The notes: generated by a model from the sequence alone, not told the origin. A stretch of DNA of 63,960 nt, filler included, from Reticulomyxa filosa (GCA_000512085.1; 21 parts of 21 records of this genome joined end to end with filler, not necessarily neighbours in it); one strand, 5' to 3'; counted from the whole stretch's first letter, positions 39,512 to 51,334 are shown. Numbers and translations are program-made.

Positions 39512-39823
39512 GTTTTTATTGATTTATTTGTTTGTTTGTGTATTTGTGTGTATGGTGATGCACATGTGCACATATTTGTATACGTGTGTACGAAGAAAAG
39601 GGAGAAAAATTGTTAATCTTGTGTAATATGTATTATGTGCATGTACATACACATATATGTATATATATATGTATATATGCATATGTATGTGTCGCTGGAT
39701 GGGTCTTTCTAATGGGTTTATAANNNNNNNNNNNNNNNNNNNNNNNNNNNNNNNNNNNNNNNNNNNNTTAATTAATTAANNNNNNNNNNNNNNNNNNNNN
39801 NNNNNNNNNNNNNNNNNNNNNNN

Positions 39824-40262
39824 CTTTTTACCGATTCGAAAAATGAGGAAACACTGAAATAAGACATGTGAGTTTCATTCCACAAAAGTAAGTACTCCTC
39901 GTCCGTTCCGAGTCGAATGTTCTCGTACTTGTGCAACAATTCTGCATGATATTTTCCCAACGTTCGTTGGTTTTGCAATGCCAAGAATAGATCATGTCCT
40001 CGTTCAACCTCTTTCCCAGAAGCTACACATTCGTTGAGATAGGATAAACACTCACGAGTATGCATTGATATCAGTGTGTGCTCCGCAGCTATGAAGAGTA
40101 ATATGTAGCCATATTTGTTACTTATCAATACTTTGGCTCTGCTTTTTGCATCTTTTTTCCTATGTTTAAAGAAAGGTAATAAATTTAAGGACCCAATCTC
40201 CTCATAAAATGTCATGTTCCTAATTTTTTTTGTTGAGGGGAAAAACCTCCGTTTGAGGCCAT
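39824..40262 (-). CDS. Nup214/Nup159-like nucleoporin N-terminal beta-propeller (5' part, tentative)
   Basis: KVLISNKYGYILLFIAAEHTLISMHT resembles NUP214 LLAVSNKYGLVFAG...LQIFPT at a similar distance from the N-terminus. ATG at 40262 joins ORF 40215 via a 1-bp A-run frameshift. Confidence 0.5.
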
Positions 40263-40417
40263 TTTCGTTTTAAAAAGAATTTCAGTGCGAAAGTATACAA
40301 AAACCATACTACTTACAGTTTTTTTCTTATTCCAAAATTGAGAGGTAACAGTTTGAACCAAGGCGAAGGTCCTAGACAAGGGACAGCAAAGAATTTCTAA
40401 AACTAATTTAAAAAAAA

Positions 40418-42206
40418 ATGTCTGATGACGATATTCCATTGCGCCAATTACTAAGCTCATTTCTCTCTCGTCAAAATCAGAACAATGCTTCAAATGATGT
40501 ATTCACCACGTTGATAGAATTTGATGAAGAGGCGCAGCGCAAATACGCTCCCCTCGTTCCAACAACGAAGCAACGTTTTGATATGGAAGAGTCACAACTT
40601 TCCGAAAAAAAATTGAAGACAATAAAAAAGGAGAAATTGCATCGAAAAGAAATTGAGTTTATCAACAAAATCCAGAATAGCAAAACCAAATCAGTTTAAA
40701 ACTTGTTTGTTAAATAAAATTACGTACACTTTAAAATAAAAAAAGTATTATTAATTTTATTATTTTTTTTTAATGTGGCGAACCCCTATGAAAAGGATGA
40801 GATACTAAAATTGGCCTGTAAGTATGCACGTTCACATAAAAACGATGTATTCATGGAAATATTGGAAAAATTTCGAGGGCAGTATGATGTGAGCAGCAAA
40901 TTTGTGTATGAGGGATACAACGTTAATGAAAAAGACAACAAACACACCACCAAAATCAAAGAGTATTTTTTTTCTGTTACCACATGCAATACATGTAATA
41001 ATAACAACAAAAAAAAAGGAATGGCTGACGACACATTTGGTGGATACGATATATGGCGCGAATAATGTGAACTGTTTGCGGTATCTGTTTGGATCAGACT
41101 TACGAAATGAATTTGCGAAAGATCAAATAGGTGATGCATTGACTCGGGCGATGATTCGTCAGAACGAAAGAGCGATTCGAGCAATAATGCACTACGAGCA
41201 CCTGGAAGAGCAAAAAAAAAAATGCGAGAATATGCAATTCGATATCGGCAAGAAAAGTCGAAAATGGAACTAATGCTTGAGTACATGAAGTCGAAACTGG
41301 ACCCAGTGAACTTTGAAACGACAATGAAAAGTTTGGAAAAAGTGATGTTGGAGTTGATCAAAGACCGAAAGCTATTGAGTCACGACATGTTCAATTTGGT
41401 GTATTTGTACAATGCCAAAGACATTACGGAAGTGATGCTTTCCAAGTGTATCGATTTGTTGAAGCAAGAAAATATTAGTGACAGTTGTTGCGATTGGGAG
41501 TGGCTTAAATGTCATGTGCCCTACTCACTGTCATCTTCATCCTCTTTATCTTCTTCTTCCTCCTCCTCCTCTTCGTCTTCGTCTTCTTCGTCCTCTTCCT
41601 CCTTCTCCTCCTCGTCCGTGTCCTTTTCATCGTCGAGTGATAAAAGGGTCTTGCTGTGTTGGTTGAGTCCGCAAAGCGAGTCGAAGGAATCGAAGGAGAA
41701 GGAGTCGAAGGAATCGAAAGAGAGTGAAGATCTCGCGGATGACGCCGTGGAACTATCGACGAATGATGACCGCTCTAAAACAGACTTGTCAGTTGAAAAG
41801 GTCGAGCTTCAATACAATCGTCTCGTGCAAGTGTGTCAAGATGAAATCAACAAGGAACGCCAAAAGTTGCATCAGCAATTAAAAGAAGAAATCGACAAAA
41901 ACGAAGAGACCTTTGCACAAATTGTCCGCTTTGGCCAAGACTATCAACATCAACAACTCTCCATTGCCCATCGCAACGCTATGCTACGACAAGATTCCAT
42001 CCCTTGGGGACTGCAACCCACCATTTCCAAACGCAAATTGGAAGAAATGACCATTTGTGGTGACAATTCCAGCTTCGATGCCGTGTATCATTACGACTTT
42101 GATGTGTATTTGCCTCAGCTCATTCAAAGGGCTCATGACATGAATGTCTCCTTTCACAGGTGTTTGTATCTTTGAATACGTTTCATTCTCCGCACAACAA
42201 GGGTCA

Positions 42207-42246
<40 letters not shown>

Positions 42247-42497
42247 AATTGTATATTCTTCATTCTATTCTTATTTTTCTGTTTCCCTCCTCGTTCCAAA
42301 AAACAAATAAATTTATGTCAAGGTATTCACATTGTATTCTTCCAGAGATATTGCCAAATTTTTTTGGGGATTGAAAGGATGCAAATTCACAGAAGCGCCG
42401 GTCAAAAGTGTGGACAGCTGTCGCGTTACCTTGCTTTCGGAGTTTCAAAATGAAAAATTTCCTAAATCTGCGCAATCTACTGATTTGATTCGTTGTA
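40418..42497 (+). CDS. Multi-exon protein: degenerate ankyrin-like helical region, poly-Ser linker, start of RelA/SpoT-like nucleotidyltransferase domain
   Basis: Exons ~40418-40694, ~40780-40888, ~41019-42159 (A-run frameshift ~41215) and 42346-42497. Final part reads YLPQLIQRAHDMNVSFHRDIAKFF...EAPVKSVDSCRVTLLSEFQNEKFPKSAQSTDLIRC. Confidence 0.6.
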
Positions 42498-43140
42498 GTT
42501 ACATTTTTTTTCTTTAAAAAAAAGGAGGGGAACATCAAAGGGACAGGAGGACANNNNNNNNNNNNNNNNNNNNNNNNNNNNNNNNNNNNNNNNNNNNTTA
42601 ATTAATTAANNNNNNNNNNNNNNNNNNNNNNNNNNNNNNNNNNNNNNNNNNNNGCGAAAGCTAGTGATTTCGAAAGGCATTTCACTGCGCCTTAAAAGGC
42701 GATCAACCAGCTTTCAGCTTGTCGGCCGTGCCGCGAAGCGGTTGAAATTGTCGGGCCTAGTATCGCGTTCAACAGCCAGAAGCCCTGGCGGAGGGGGTGT
42801 CCGCGAGTTGATACGAAAAACTCCTGTATCTAAAGGTCTTTTCAGCAGGATTTGCGTTCCTACCCGCCAGTGTACCCACCAGACCATGGCGAAAAGAGAG
42901 CCACCGTTGCACTAGGTTTTCTCGGGGTGCGGCGCGCCGCCCGGTCTATCGCGCCCTTGGCGGAGCCTCCGGCTCTCTGTCTAGCAGCCATCATTTAATG
43001 CTGGGCCGTCTGGCCGCTCTGGCGTCCTTGCCGGCCTGGAGCACGCTCGCGTGACAGAAGACACTGCGGCTTGTATCCGCGATGCTCGCTGCAGCCCAAG
43101 CCAACGAGCAGCGATTAGGACGCGCATTTGGGGATGATCA

Positions 43141-43818
43141 ATGGCAGCTAGTTTGGATCGGCTTGATGTCTTGGCGATAACAGGATTGGGACAGCACATC
43201 GTTCTTGATGTTTGGCGACGAGCGAAACCCTCACTCGCCGCACACGGGAGCATCGGCCCTGTAAAAATTGATTTCAGGCCCCTGTACCTTTACCGCGACG
43301 TCGAGAAAATTACCGCCGAGACAGGCCCAAGCGGCCCGATAAAATTGGCACTTCCGGTGCTGAAGAATGACGCCCAGGATGCGGCCCATTGGGAGAACGT
43401 CTGGCCGCTTGTCGCTGGCGCTCTTGTCCAGGAGAGGACACATCAAAAGCAATATTCGGAAAACTACCAGCAATTCATGGCTGCCGCTCATGCTCGCGAG
43501 TCGGCAGGGCTAGACGATGCTCAAGCGCAAGCCTCCGCAACGGCTGAGGTGTGGTTGAGTGCGTACTACACTCAGACATGTGAGCTGGAGGCCCACGCAG
43601 CCCAGGTGACAGCAGAATTGCTGCTCCGGTCCCCGCCAGCGCTGGCTACCGACCTAGAGGCCCAACTTGCAACGTCATTGACTTGGCAACGAATCGAAAA
43701 TCGCCTTTCCAAGGCCGCCAAGGAAGACACTCAATCTTGGAATGGCAAATATTGCCGGTTCAAGGAGAACTTCAAGAGAGAGTGCCTCGCCTACGCCTCC
43801 CAATGGGCCCCTTTATGA
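43141..43818 (+). CDS. Bacterial hypothetical protein (225 aa) with zincin-like QExxH...ELEA motif
   Basis: ORF with upstream GGGGA. ALVQERTHQKQ and downstream CELEAHAAQ resemble HExxH...ExEA zincin helices. Overlaps the convergent ORF at 43813-43818. Confidence 0.7.
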   Translation: MAASLDRLDVLAITGLGQHIVLDVWRRAKPSLAAHGSIGPVKIDFRPLYLYRDVEKITAETGPSGPIKLALPVLKNDAQDAAHWENVWPLVAGALVQERTHQKQYSENYQQFMAAAHARESAGLDDAQAQASATAEVWLSAYYTQTCELEAHAAQVTAELLLRSPPALATDLEAQLATSLTWQRIENRLSKAAKEDTQSWNGKYCRFKENFKRECLAYASQWAPL

Positions 43819-44286
43819 TTGGAGTTCGTCGGCAATTGTTGAAAGTCGTTTTGAGAAGCTCGATGCTTCATTTGTGTACCTCACGAGTTCGTCAGCAAGT
43901 ATAGGCGGTGACCGCTTGTGAGAGTAACACGCGACGCCTTTGTCAATGCCGTGAACTCGATAAGAGACCCACATGCCATGCATCAAATGGTTACGGTGCT
44001 CTATCGCATCAACGACCTCGTCGCAGATACCTTCGATGATGTGCCGCGCTGCAGCGCTGCCCCGAACTGCAGCAACCCTTCTGAGTTCCTTAAAGAGCGG
44101 CCCGGCCGTCATGCTCTTAGTTCTCTCAACGACGGCGCCCAACTGCACGCCTTCGAGGCGCGCAATATTTATTGCCACGGTGTAATCGAGCTGTGACCAG
44201 ACAGCGCAATAGAGACCAAGCTCTTCACGCTGCACACTATTCAGCGGAATAACCAAGCCAGGTGGCGGATCCGGCATACGCGGCAT
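43813..44286 (-). CDS. Bacterial HEPN-like protein (157 aa, RxxxxH)
   Basis: GGAGG Shine-Dalgarno upstream of ATG. Helical-looking sequence with N-terminal LG...VWSQLD and RNHLMHG. Confidence 0.75.
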   Translation of the reverse strand: MPRMPDPPPGLVIPLNSVQREELGLYCAVWSQLDYTVAINIARLEGVQLGAVVERTKSMTAGPLFKELRRVAAVRGSAAARHIIEGICDEVVDAIEHRNHLMHGMWVSYRVHGIDKGVACYSHKRSPPILADELVRYTNEASSFSKRLSTIADELQS

Positions 44287-44293
44287 GCTTACA

Positions 44294-44299
44294 CCTCCC
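44294..44299 (-). promoter_or_regulatory. Shine-Dalgarno sequence of the HEPN-like ORF
   Basis: Minus strand reads GGGAGGTGTAAGC-ATG. Confidence 0.75.
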
Positions 44300-44374
44300 C
44301 ATTATTGCTCGTTTGACGATCTACAGAAGGAAGCAACCTTGTAGCGACCCCCCAAATGGAAGAAAACGCGACGG

Positions 44375-44606
44375 CTATCGATTGGTGTATACGCTCGCAT
44401 CGCGCTCCGGATATTTCTCGTACACATGCTGGAAGAGCGCCGCGCACTTGGCTTGGTACAGTTCGGGGGAGTAGGCGCGCGGCAGGCCATTGTCGAGCGT
44501 GTCCTCGATCGCCAGCTTGAGCTGGGACCGGGCCGAAACCTTCTGCCGCCAGTTCAGGACCAGCAGGCCCTTCAGCTTCTCCAACAGGTCGCGGGCGACT
44601 TTCTTC
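44375..44606 (-). CDS. hsdR: Type I restriction enzyme R subunit, extreme C-terminus (DUF3387-like)
   Basis: KKVARDLLEKLKGLLVLNWRQKVSARSQLKLAIEDTLDNGLPRAYSPELYQAKCAALFQHVYEKY matches the C-terminal signature of HsdR. 5' part off contig. Confidence 0.88.
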
Positions 44607-44799
44607 NNNNNNNNNNNNNNNNNNNNNNNNNNNNNNNNNNNNNNNNNNNNTTAATTAATTAANNNNNNNNNNNNNNNNNNNNNNNNNNNNNNNNNNNNNN
44701 NNNNNNCAATTTATGGCAAATTTGGCACAAAACATACAATTCTTGTTGGTAGAACTTTTATTTGTGATTTTCGAAAACTGAAACATTCGATTGTATTGC

Positions 44800-45461
44800 A
44801 ATAAAGATATTAACGACATTGTTTTTGCAAATTCTCAAAGAACCGAAAATTGTGCGATTGTCACCCAAGGAAGATAATTCCAAAGTGTCTTCAAAAGATG
44901 AACTGCCAAATGGAAATCAGTTCCCATTTAGTAATATCGTATCCCATAGCTTATTCTCGTCCATTCGTAGCTATTCTTTTAATGTATTTTAACGTATAAA
45001 ACAAAGTAATCCGAAATCTCTAACATTCATTGATTTTTTAGTAACACACATTCGTAATTGGATCCAAACATTGTCATTGAATTGGTTAAATGAGACTTGT
45101 CAGAAGAGATGAAGAAAATATTGTTACATGATATTGTGCATTTAGAGGGAAATGATATCTTTGGTTTACGTCGCTTTTCTGGAGATACGTGTGTGATACT
45201 TATCAAAAATGTTTGTTCTTTTGTTGAACTTGCCGCGTCAACAATTTGGAAGATCGGGGGACTACGATACAAAGCTTAATCTCAAATAGTGTCGAAAAGG
45301 GTTCTTCTGGTCATGTTAAAAAAGTAAGTGATGGAAATGTATCACAAGAAGAAGAAAATGATGACAACAGCTCGGATGAAAACATATGGGCGCAAGCACG
45401 TGCACAACAAGAGATATGGAGTTCTTCAGCTCAGAAGTCTTTCAAGAACAAAATTCAATAA
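44800..45461 (+). pseudogene. Coding-like remnant with stops and frameshifts, unidentified
   Basis: Overlapping short ORFs (45097-45279, 45246-45461) and an upstream frame broken by stops. Confidence 0.3.
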
Positions 45462-45512
45462 AATAACAAAAGATATTGCAGTAATAATTTTTGAGTAACG
45501 TAAATAGTAAAA

Positions 45513-45885
45513 TAAAAAGAAAAAAAAGTATTCCCTAAAATAAACATCTATGAATATTTGTGTATTTTTAGAATGATGTTTTTTTTATTTTAGCTGTTGA
45601 TTCTATGAATGTGTGTTTATGATTCTTCTTCAAATGAATTGTTGTATCTAATTTTTATTAATTAAAACAAAAATATTGTTTTTATGGACATAAAATTAAA
45701 AAAAAAGTGATTTAATTCTTCTAAAAAGCACTAACAATATTGATATGAATCTAAATTTTTCATGCCAAGTGATGAAAAAGAAGATATCCATGTCGCTGAA
45801 TTATTGATTAAGAAAAATGCAAAATCAAATAACTATTTTATCAAAGAAAAAAATATCGAACTGGATCATTTTAAGAAATTTTTTC
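45513..45885 (+). repeat. Direct repeat copy A (copy B at 47701-48250)
   Basis: Shared collinear blocks TATTCCCTAAAATAAACATCTATGAA, TTAATTAAAACAAAAATATTGTTTTT, CATGCCAAGTGATGAAAAAGAAGATATCCATG and GATCATTTTAAG. Confidence 0.9.
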
Positions 45886-47700
45886 ATTATTGTTTAGGGT
45901 ACATTAAAAAAATAGATAAATTTTTTTCCCTTGAAAGTCTCATATTAAAACAAATTATTTATACACCAATTATTCAACATCAAATTAGAATATTCATTTA
46001 TTTGCAAGTTCTATCAATTAAACTGATACAATCCAAAACAAAAATTTGATGAGTTTGCGTTCTGAAACGTTTACTTGAATCTCAAAATAAAATCAAAACA
46101 ATATTGCACTTATTTTTTAAAATATTAATTTACATGATTTGGAAAAATTAGAATGTCTCTTTCTCCAAAAAAAAATTATGAAGATATTTTAATTTTTTTT
46201 AATGATACAAAAAAAAAAAAAAAGGAAACTTAGGAGTGAATTTTTTGTTTGTAATTGCAAACTCTGTTTCGCTGTTCTCTATGATTATTAACTTTTTTTT
46301 CCTCTTGTATTTGTCATACTATTAACAGCTTTGTGTAAGGTAAAAAAAAAAGAAGGAGTACTGTTTTTATTACAAAAAACCTTATATAAAATAAATGAAT
46401 AGTTATGGTATCCTGTAATGTTATTTTTTTGGAATCGTGCTATTTATTTATGTTCGACCGACGATGCTTTTTTTTTTTGGATCAAAAAATAATTCGATGG
46501 CATTATTTGATAATTTTGAACATAGATTTGCCCCATGATAATCTTTGGTGTGATTCTTCTTATTACTAGCTCATTTATGTGACTATTTTTACTGGCTCGT
46601 TTGTGTGGCGCTTCATGTGGCTCGTCGTCGTCGTTGTTGTTGTTCCTGCGATTCTCTAATTCCTACATATTTTTTCCTATGGATACATGTACATTGTTTT
46701 TTATTGCTATCTTTGTATTGCTGTTCCAGTTGTGTATTATAAATATCATGCAAGTATGTCAAGTCTGGATCAAAAAACATGAAAATAAAATCGTCTAAAT
46801 TTAAAGATCATCAAATGAATAAAAATTTTGGATTATTATGTTTACAAATCGGATGATGGAAAGCAGTTTAACCAACTTCAATTCCATTTAATTATTTAAA
46901 TTACAAAGACAATTCAGTATTAACCTCTATGTGACATATCACAATCTATTGATTGTTCAATTTATGGTAAACTGAAACTGAATATAAAATTGGTCAACTT
47001 TATATAACTCATGGATTTCCTCCACGTTCTTATGGATAATTATATCACTTTGGGCTACTCATGCATTTTTAATCCGATTGACTCCAAATTTAAAACATTT
47101 GTTTTGTTTTTTTTATCTATCAATCACTATCTCTGTTATTTGAGATATTGCACAGAATTGGACTTCTTCAGCCATAAGAAAAGATTTTTTTATCAAGAAC
47201 ATTATGCAATCAATCATCCAAAGCTTTTTTTGAGTTCATCTCTGAGGTTTATTGCCTCTGCTTCTGTCTTGGAATCTTTTTTTTTTTTTAATGATAATGA
47301 TTTTTGAGTTGAAAGTATGTTGTTCTTTTATGATGATGATAAAGAATATTATTATTATTATTTACAATATCAAAAAAATATTTTCACATAATTATTTTTT
47401 TTTACTCTAACAATTAGTTATTTATGAAATATCTTCATACAAAGATAAAAAAAAAAATCAAAACAAATTTCAAATTATCTGAATTTATATATAAATTGCT
47501 ATTTTGTAATTTGTAAACTACATTATGCAACATTGTTGATGGGAATGAAAGTGTATTAATATGAGAACTTCTTATAGAGTGTGTATTAAGTCACACAGGT
47601 GAAGTATCATACGCTCCCTAATGAATTAATGCTTGTGCATGCTGGTGATGGATTTGTTTGTTGTGCAGAAGTTTTTCAATAAAATTTTCAATAAATGACG

Positions 47701-48250
47701 TAAAAAGAAAAAAATATTCCCTAAAATAAACATCTATGAACATTTGTGTATTTTTAGGATATTATTCTATGAATGTGTGTTTATTATTCTTTTTCAAATG
47801 AATTGTTATATCTAATTTTATTAATTAAAACAAAAATATTGTTTTTTAGAGTTGTTTTTGTGAATGCAAAAATGTATAAGCTTGGACGTGTTGTTTATTA
47901 AAAAAAAAGTGATGTGATTCTTCTAAAAAACATTGATAATATTGACATAACTTAAGAGGTGCAAATAATAATTTAAATTCATCATGCCAAGTGATGAAAA
48001 AGAAGATATCCATGCTACTGAATTATCGATTATTTAAAAGAAGACAGTTAACAAATAACAAAAACTAACTAATACATTAAGAAAAATACAAAAAAATAAC
48101 TATTTATCAATTGATAATATTATAGTCTTTATAAAGATTTTCAACTATTTTTGTGCAGCTGACTTTCTTTAGCAATCTGGAAACTAAAAAAATTATTTAG
48201 CTAAACTTTGAAAATAAAATATTGAGCTAGATCATTTTAAGTAACTTTTT
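47701..48250 (+). repeat. Direct repeat copy B
   Basis: Same blocks as 45513-45885 with several insertions. Confidence 0.9.
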
Positions 48251-49453
48251 TATTCATCAAAACTTTATTTTAAACATTTANNNNNNNNNNNNNNNNNNNN
48301 NNNNNNNNNNNNNNNNNNNNNNNNTTAATTAATTAANNNNNNNNNNNNNNNNNNNNNNNNNNNNNNNNNNNNNNNNNNNNATTTTTACACAAAGTCCTAG
48401 CCAACGAAGCAATTGTTTCTTTATGTGACGTGGGCAGATGTTTGAAATTTTTCTATTGGCATTGCAACAATTACTTTTTTCTGAAATTGAGATTATTTCT
48501 ATAGAAGTAATTGCAAAAGTGTTTTTCATTTTTTAGTTCGATCGTATTTTTTCTGTCAGCAAATTGATAATCAGAGTATCCACACAGCAGAGAATTCTTT
48601 TAATAAAAATGTTTGTAATATTTTTTTGAAAAGCATTTTTTCATTATCAATAAAAATTATTGCCACATTACATTTTGTTTGGGAGATGATGTAAATAAAA
48701 ACAATTGAATGAACTCGTGCAACAAAGCTGTAAAAGTAATTCTTTTTTTTTCCTCCCTCCCAACTATGAAAAAACATTTTTATTTTTTTCAATTGATAAG
48801 AAAATTTTAAAAAACATATATTTTTTAAATTTTAAGTTTCAAACTGTCTTCAAACCCATCTTCGTAAAAAAATAAAAAGAAAATTTGGATCTCTTGCAAG
48901 ACACTTTGTGAAAACGCATTATCAGTAAATTTTTCTCAAAAATGAATTTATCTTAAGACGTTGATGTTTAAATAATATTAAAAATATACTTGAAAAAATA
49001 AATTGTAAATGTTATAATAGATGAATACAATATTGAAACCAGATATTGATATTTTATTTTCTGGAGACTTAAAGGTAATAGAAGATGAATAGATAAATAT
49101 AATAATAAAAATAAATCCAATTTCATCTTTCAAATGTATTTTGCCTTATTTTAAGAAAAGAAAATGTTGGATGAAATTAAAAAATAAACAAGTAAGTTCA
49201 CCATGTTGAAGGTTTTGGAATGTTTGTTATCACAAAAATTATTTACACCAAACAAAAAATACATAAACACAGCCGTATTGTCGGTCAGACTTTTGCAACC
49301 ATGTTATGCCGTATTTATTTGCAGTGGTCACCTTACAACTATTTAAATGCAATTATTGCCATTGATAGTTTTCATGTTCTTCTATTTTGTATTCGTTCGT
49401 TCATTCATTCATTTTTTTTTTAGACAAAAAAAGTTCTCCCCTCCCCGTACATA

Positions 49454-49831
49454 TTATGTAGAAAAAAACTGAACATTGCATTTCGCTTTGGTGTGCAGAT
49501 TATACGTCAAACAAACGCCCCAGACGATGACCAAAAGCAACAGGAGCATCAGGCGTTGGTGGATGGCACCATATGTGATGTAGTAATGGATATTGTACGA
49601 CAACACGTAAAACGGAGGAAGGATACTCCACAACTGGCTCACTGAAGATAAACTATCGTACTTGCGTTGACGATAGTAAATTATAACTAAGGCCATTATG
49701 AATGTCAATACTTGCAAGTACATTGCGTCGATCGCTTTGAACACTGCTGCTACTTTTAACACATACAGTTGAGATCGCAATGTAACTCCTACCGCATGCA
49801 AATGGTCATTATATGCGAAGAGATCTTTCAT
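49454..49831 (-). pseudogene. DUF1295 (steroid 5-alpha-reductase-like) membrane protein, N-terminal half, degenerate
   Basis: SSVSQLWSILPPFY...RLMLLLLLVIVWGVCLTYN versus family S.VD.LWSILP..Y...R......WG.RLT.N. Conserved D and R are substituted and no C-terminal half was recognised. Confidence 0.6.
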
Positions 49832-50695
49832 CTTTTTTTTTAAATCTAGAATAATTACAAATTAAAAAATTAGCCCCTGATTTTTTTTTTTAAACGACGC
49901 AAAATATAATAAAAATAATCTATCCAATTCAGTTTTTATGATAAATATTTTGCTTCAAAACTAAAAAAAATTCTTGTTACAAATTTTTTTTCACAAATAC
50001 GGCAAAAAATTTTTTTTTATTAAAAATAAAAAGTGTATTTCATGAAAACTTAAAAAGGATAAGTAAAAGTATTTATTTATTAATATAACATCTACTTCAA
50101 TATTATACATTGTAACTACCAAGATGTGCATGATTTTTAAAGAAATTATTTACAGCGATATGTTGCTTAAATACTATGTTTTATATTGTATAGTTGGTGG
50201 ACGGGAATAGCGCTTAACTTATGGTTAAGAGGTTATTCGTTCATTTTTTTTAAATTTTTTTTTCAAAAAATAATAATATAATAGCAAAATTAAATTTAGG
50301 ATAATGAGTACAAATGATTTATACAAATGTTGTAAGAGCTGTCTTTATTGCAAACGAATGAACTTGTCAATCAATAATTCGCTCAAGTTGTCAACATTAC
50401 ACGTAAGCACAAAACGAGTTGTATGTTGTAATAGATTGAATTTATCAATGTCAACAAAAACAAAAATAAAAATATTCTGTAAAATAGATTATAAAGTAAT
50501 TTTTACTCAATCATCAGATAATCAAATCGCAAACAAAAAAATCAACATCCAAATTTAAAAAAGCATATGAAGGAAAAATCGAAGAAAAAAACTAAAAAAA
50601 AAATGTTATTTCTGATTTGCAAACATTCTAATAACAAAATGACAACAATTGAAAGAAAGAAAGAAATTTTCTTTTTAAGAAAAAATACAGTGTAG

Positions 50696-51334
50696 CTAAA
50701 CTTGCATTGTGACAATATTTCGTAGAAACAAGTCGTTAATAATGGTAATGTTACCGAGTATTTCTCGTATTTTCGAGAAGATTGTACAATGTCCACAATC
50801 TTCTATATCGTTTACATTGTCCAATATGTCATTTAGTAGGTTTTCTATTACGTCACTCTTATTCTGCACATAAGCATATTGACACAGATATAAATGCAAT
50901 GCACAAACTGGAGCGAATGAAGATTGATAGGAGGCCGGGAGTGGGGGATGCGTGTCAATGCCTCCCATTTCGCTTATGATTGTGCCACAATCTCGATTCT
51001 GCTCTTCGTCGTCGTTATTTTCTTCTTCTTCTTCTTTATTGTAGTTTCTTCGACCTCTCTGGTCTTCGACTATCTCCTTTTGGTCGGGCATCTTTTGCTT
51101 GGGCGTGGGCGTTGCTAGCACGGGCTTCACGACCACTGCCTTTGGTAATGACATCAATGGCTGCTGTTGCTGCTGCGAAAATATCACCACTTGTGGCTGC
51201 ACTGGCAGTGGCATTTGTACGGGCATTGCGACAAACATCGGGGCAGAAGCTCGAGCTGGAATCGCTTTCAGACGCGACGGAAGAGTGAAACTCTCGCTTG
51301 GAAGCAAACGACCACTGTTGCTTGGATTGGCCAT
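50696..51334 (-). CDS. Hypothetical protein (212 aa): Pro/Gln-rich N-terminus, acidic linker, helical C-terminus
   Basis: ATG at 51334 within ORF 50696-51472; GC-richer coding composition. Confidence 0.65.
   Translation of the reverse strand: MANPSNSGRLLPSESFTLPSRLKAIPARASAPMFVAMPVQMPLPVQPQVVIFSQQQQQPLMSLPKAVVVKPVLATPTPKQKMPDQKEIVEDQRGRRNYNKEEEEENNDDEEQNRDCGTIISEMGGIDTHPPLPASYQSSFAPVCALHLYLCQYAYVQNKSDVIENLLNDILDNVNDIEDCGHCTIFSKIREILGNITIINDLFLRNIVTMQV

Larger units (their letters stand above)
42654..44606. other. Bacterial contig (contaminant, prey or symbiont) within a eukaryotic assembly
   Basis: Visibly GC-rich, no homopolymer or intron tracts, intronless dense ORFs, a Shine-Dalgarno motif and a prokaryotic hsdR fragment. 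Confidence 0.95.

Noticed and set aside
42654-43140. ORFs 42664-42915 and 42981-43253 and GC hairpins at ~42925-42975
   Set aside because: No recognisable motif or ribosome-binding site; hairpins lack a U-tract, so no gene or terminator is called.
40418-44606. RelA/SpoT-like gene next to the bacterial HEPN/hsdR genes as one toxin-antitoxin or defence system
   Set aside because: They are on different contigs separated by a spacer and come from different organisms; adjacency is arbitrary.
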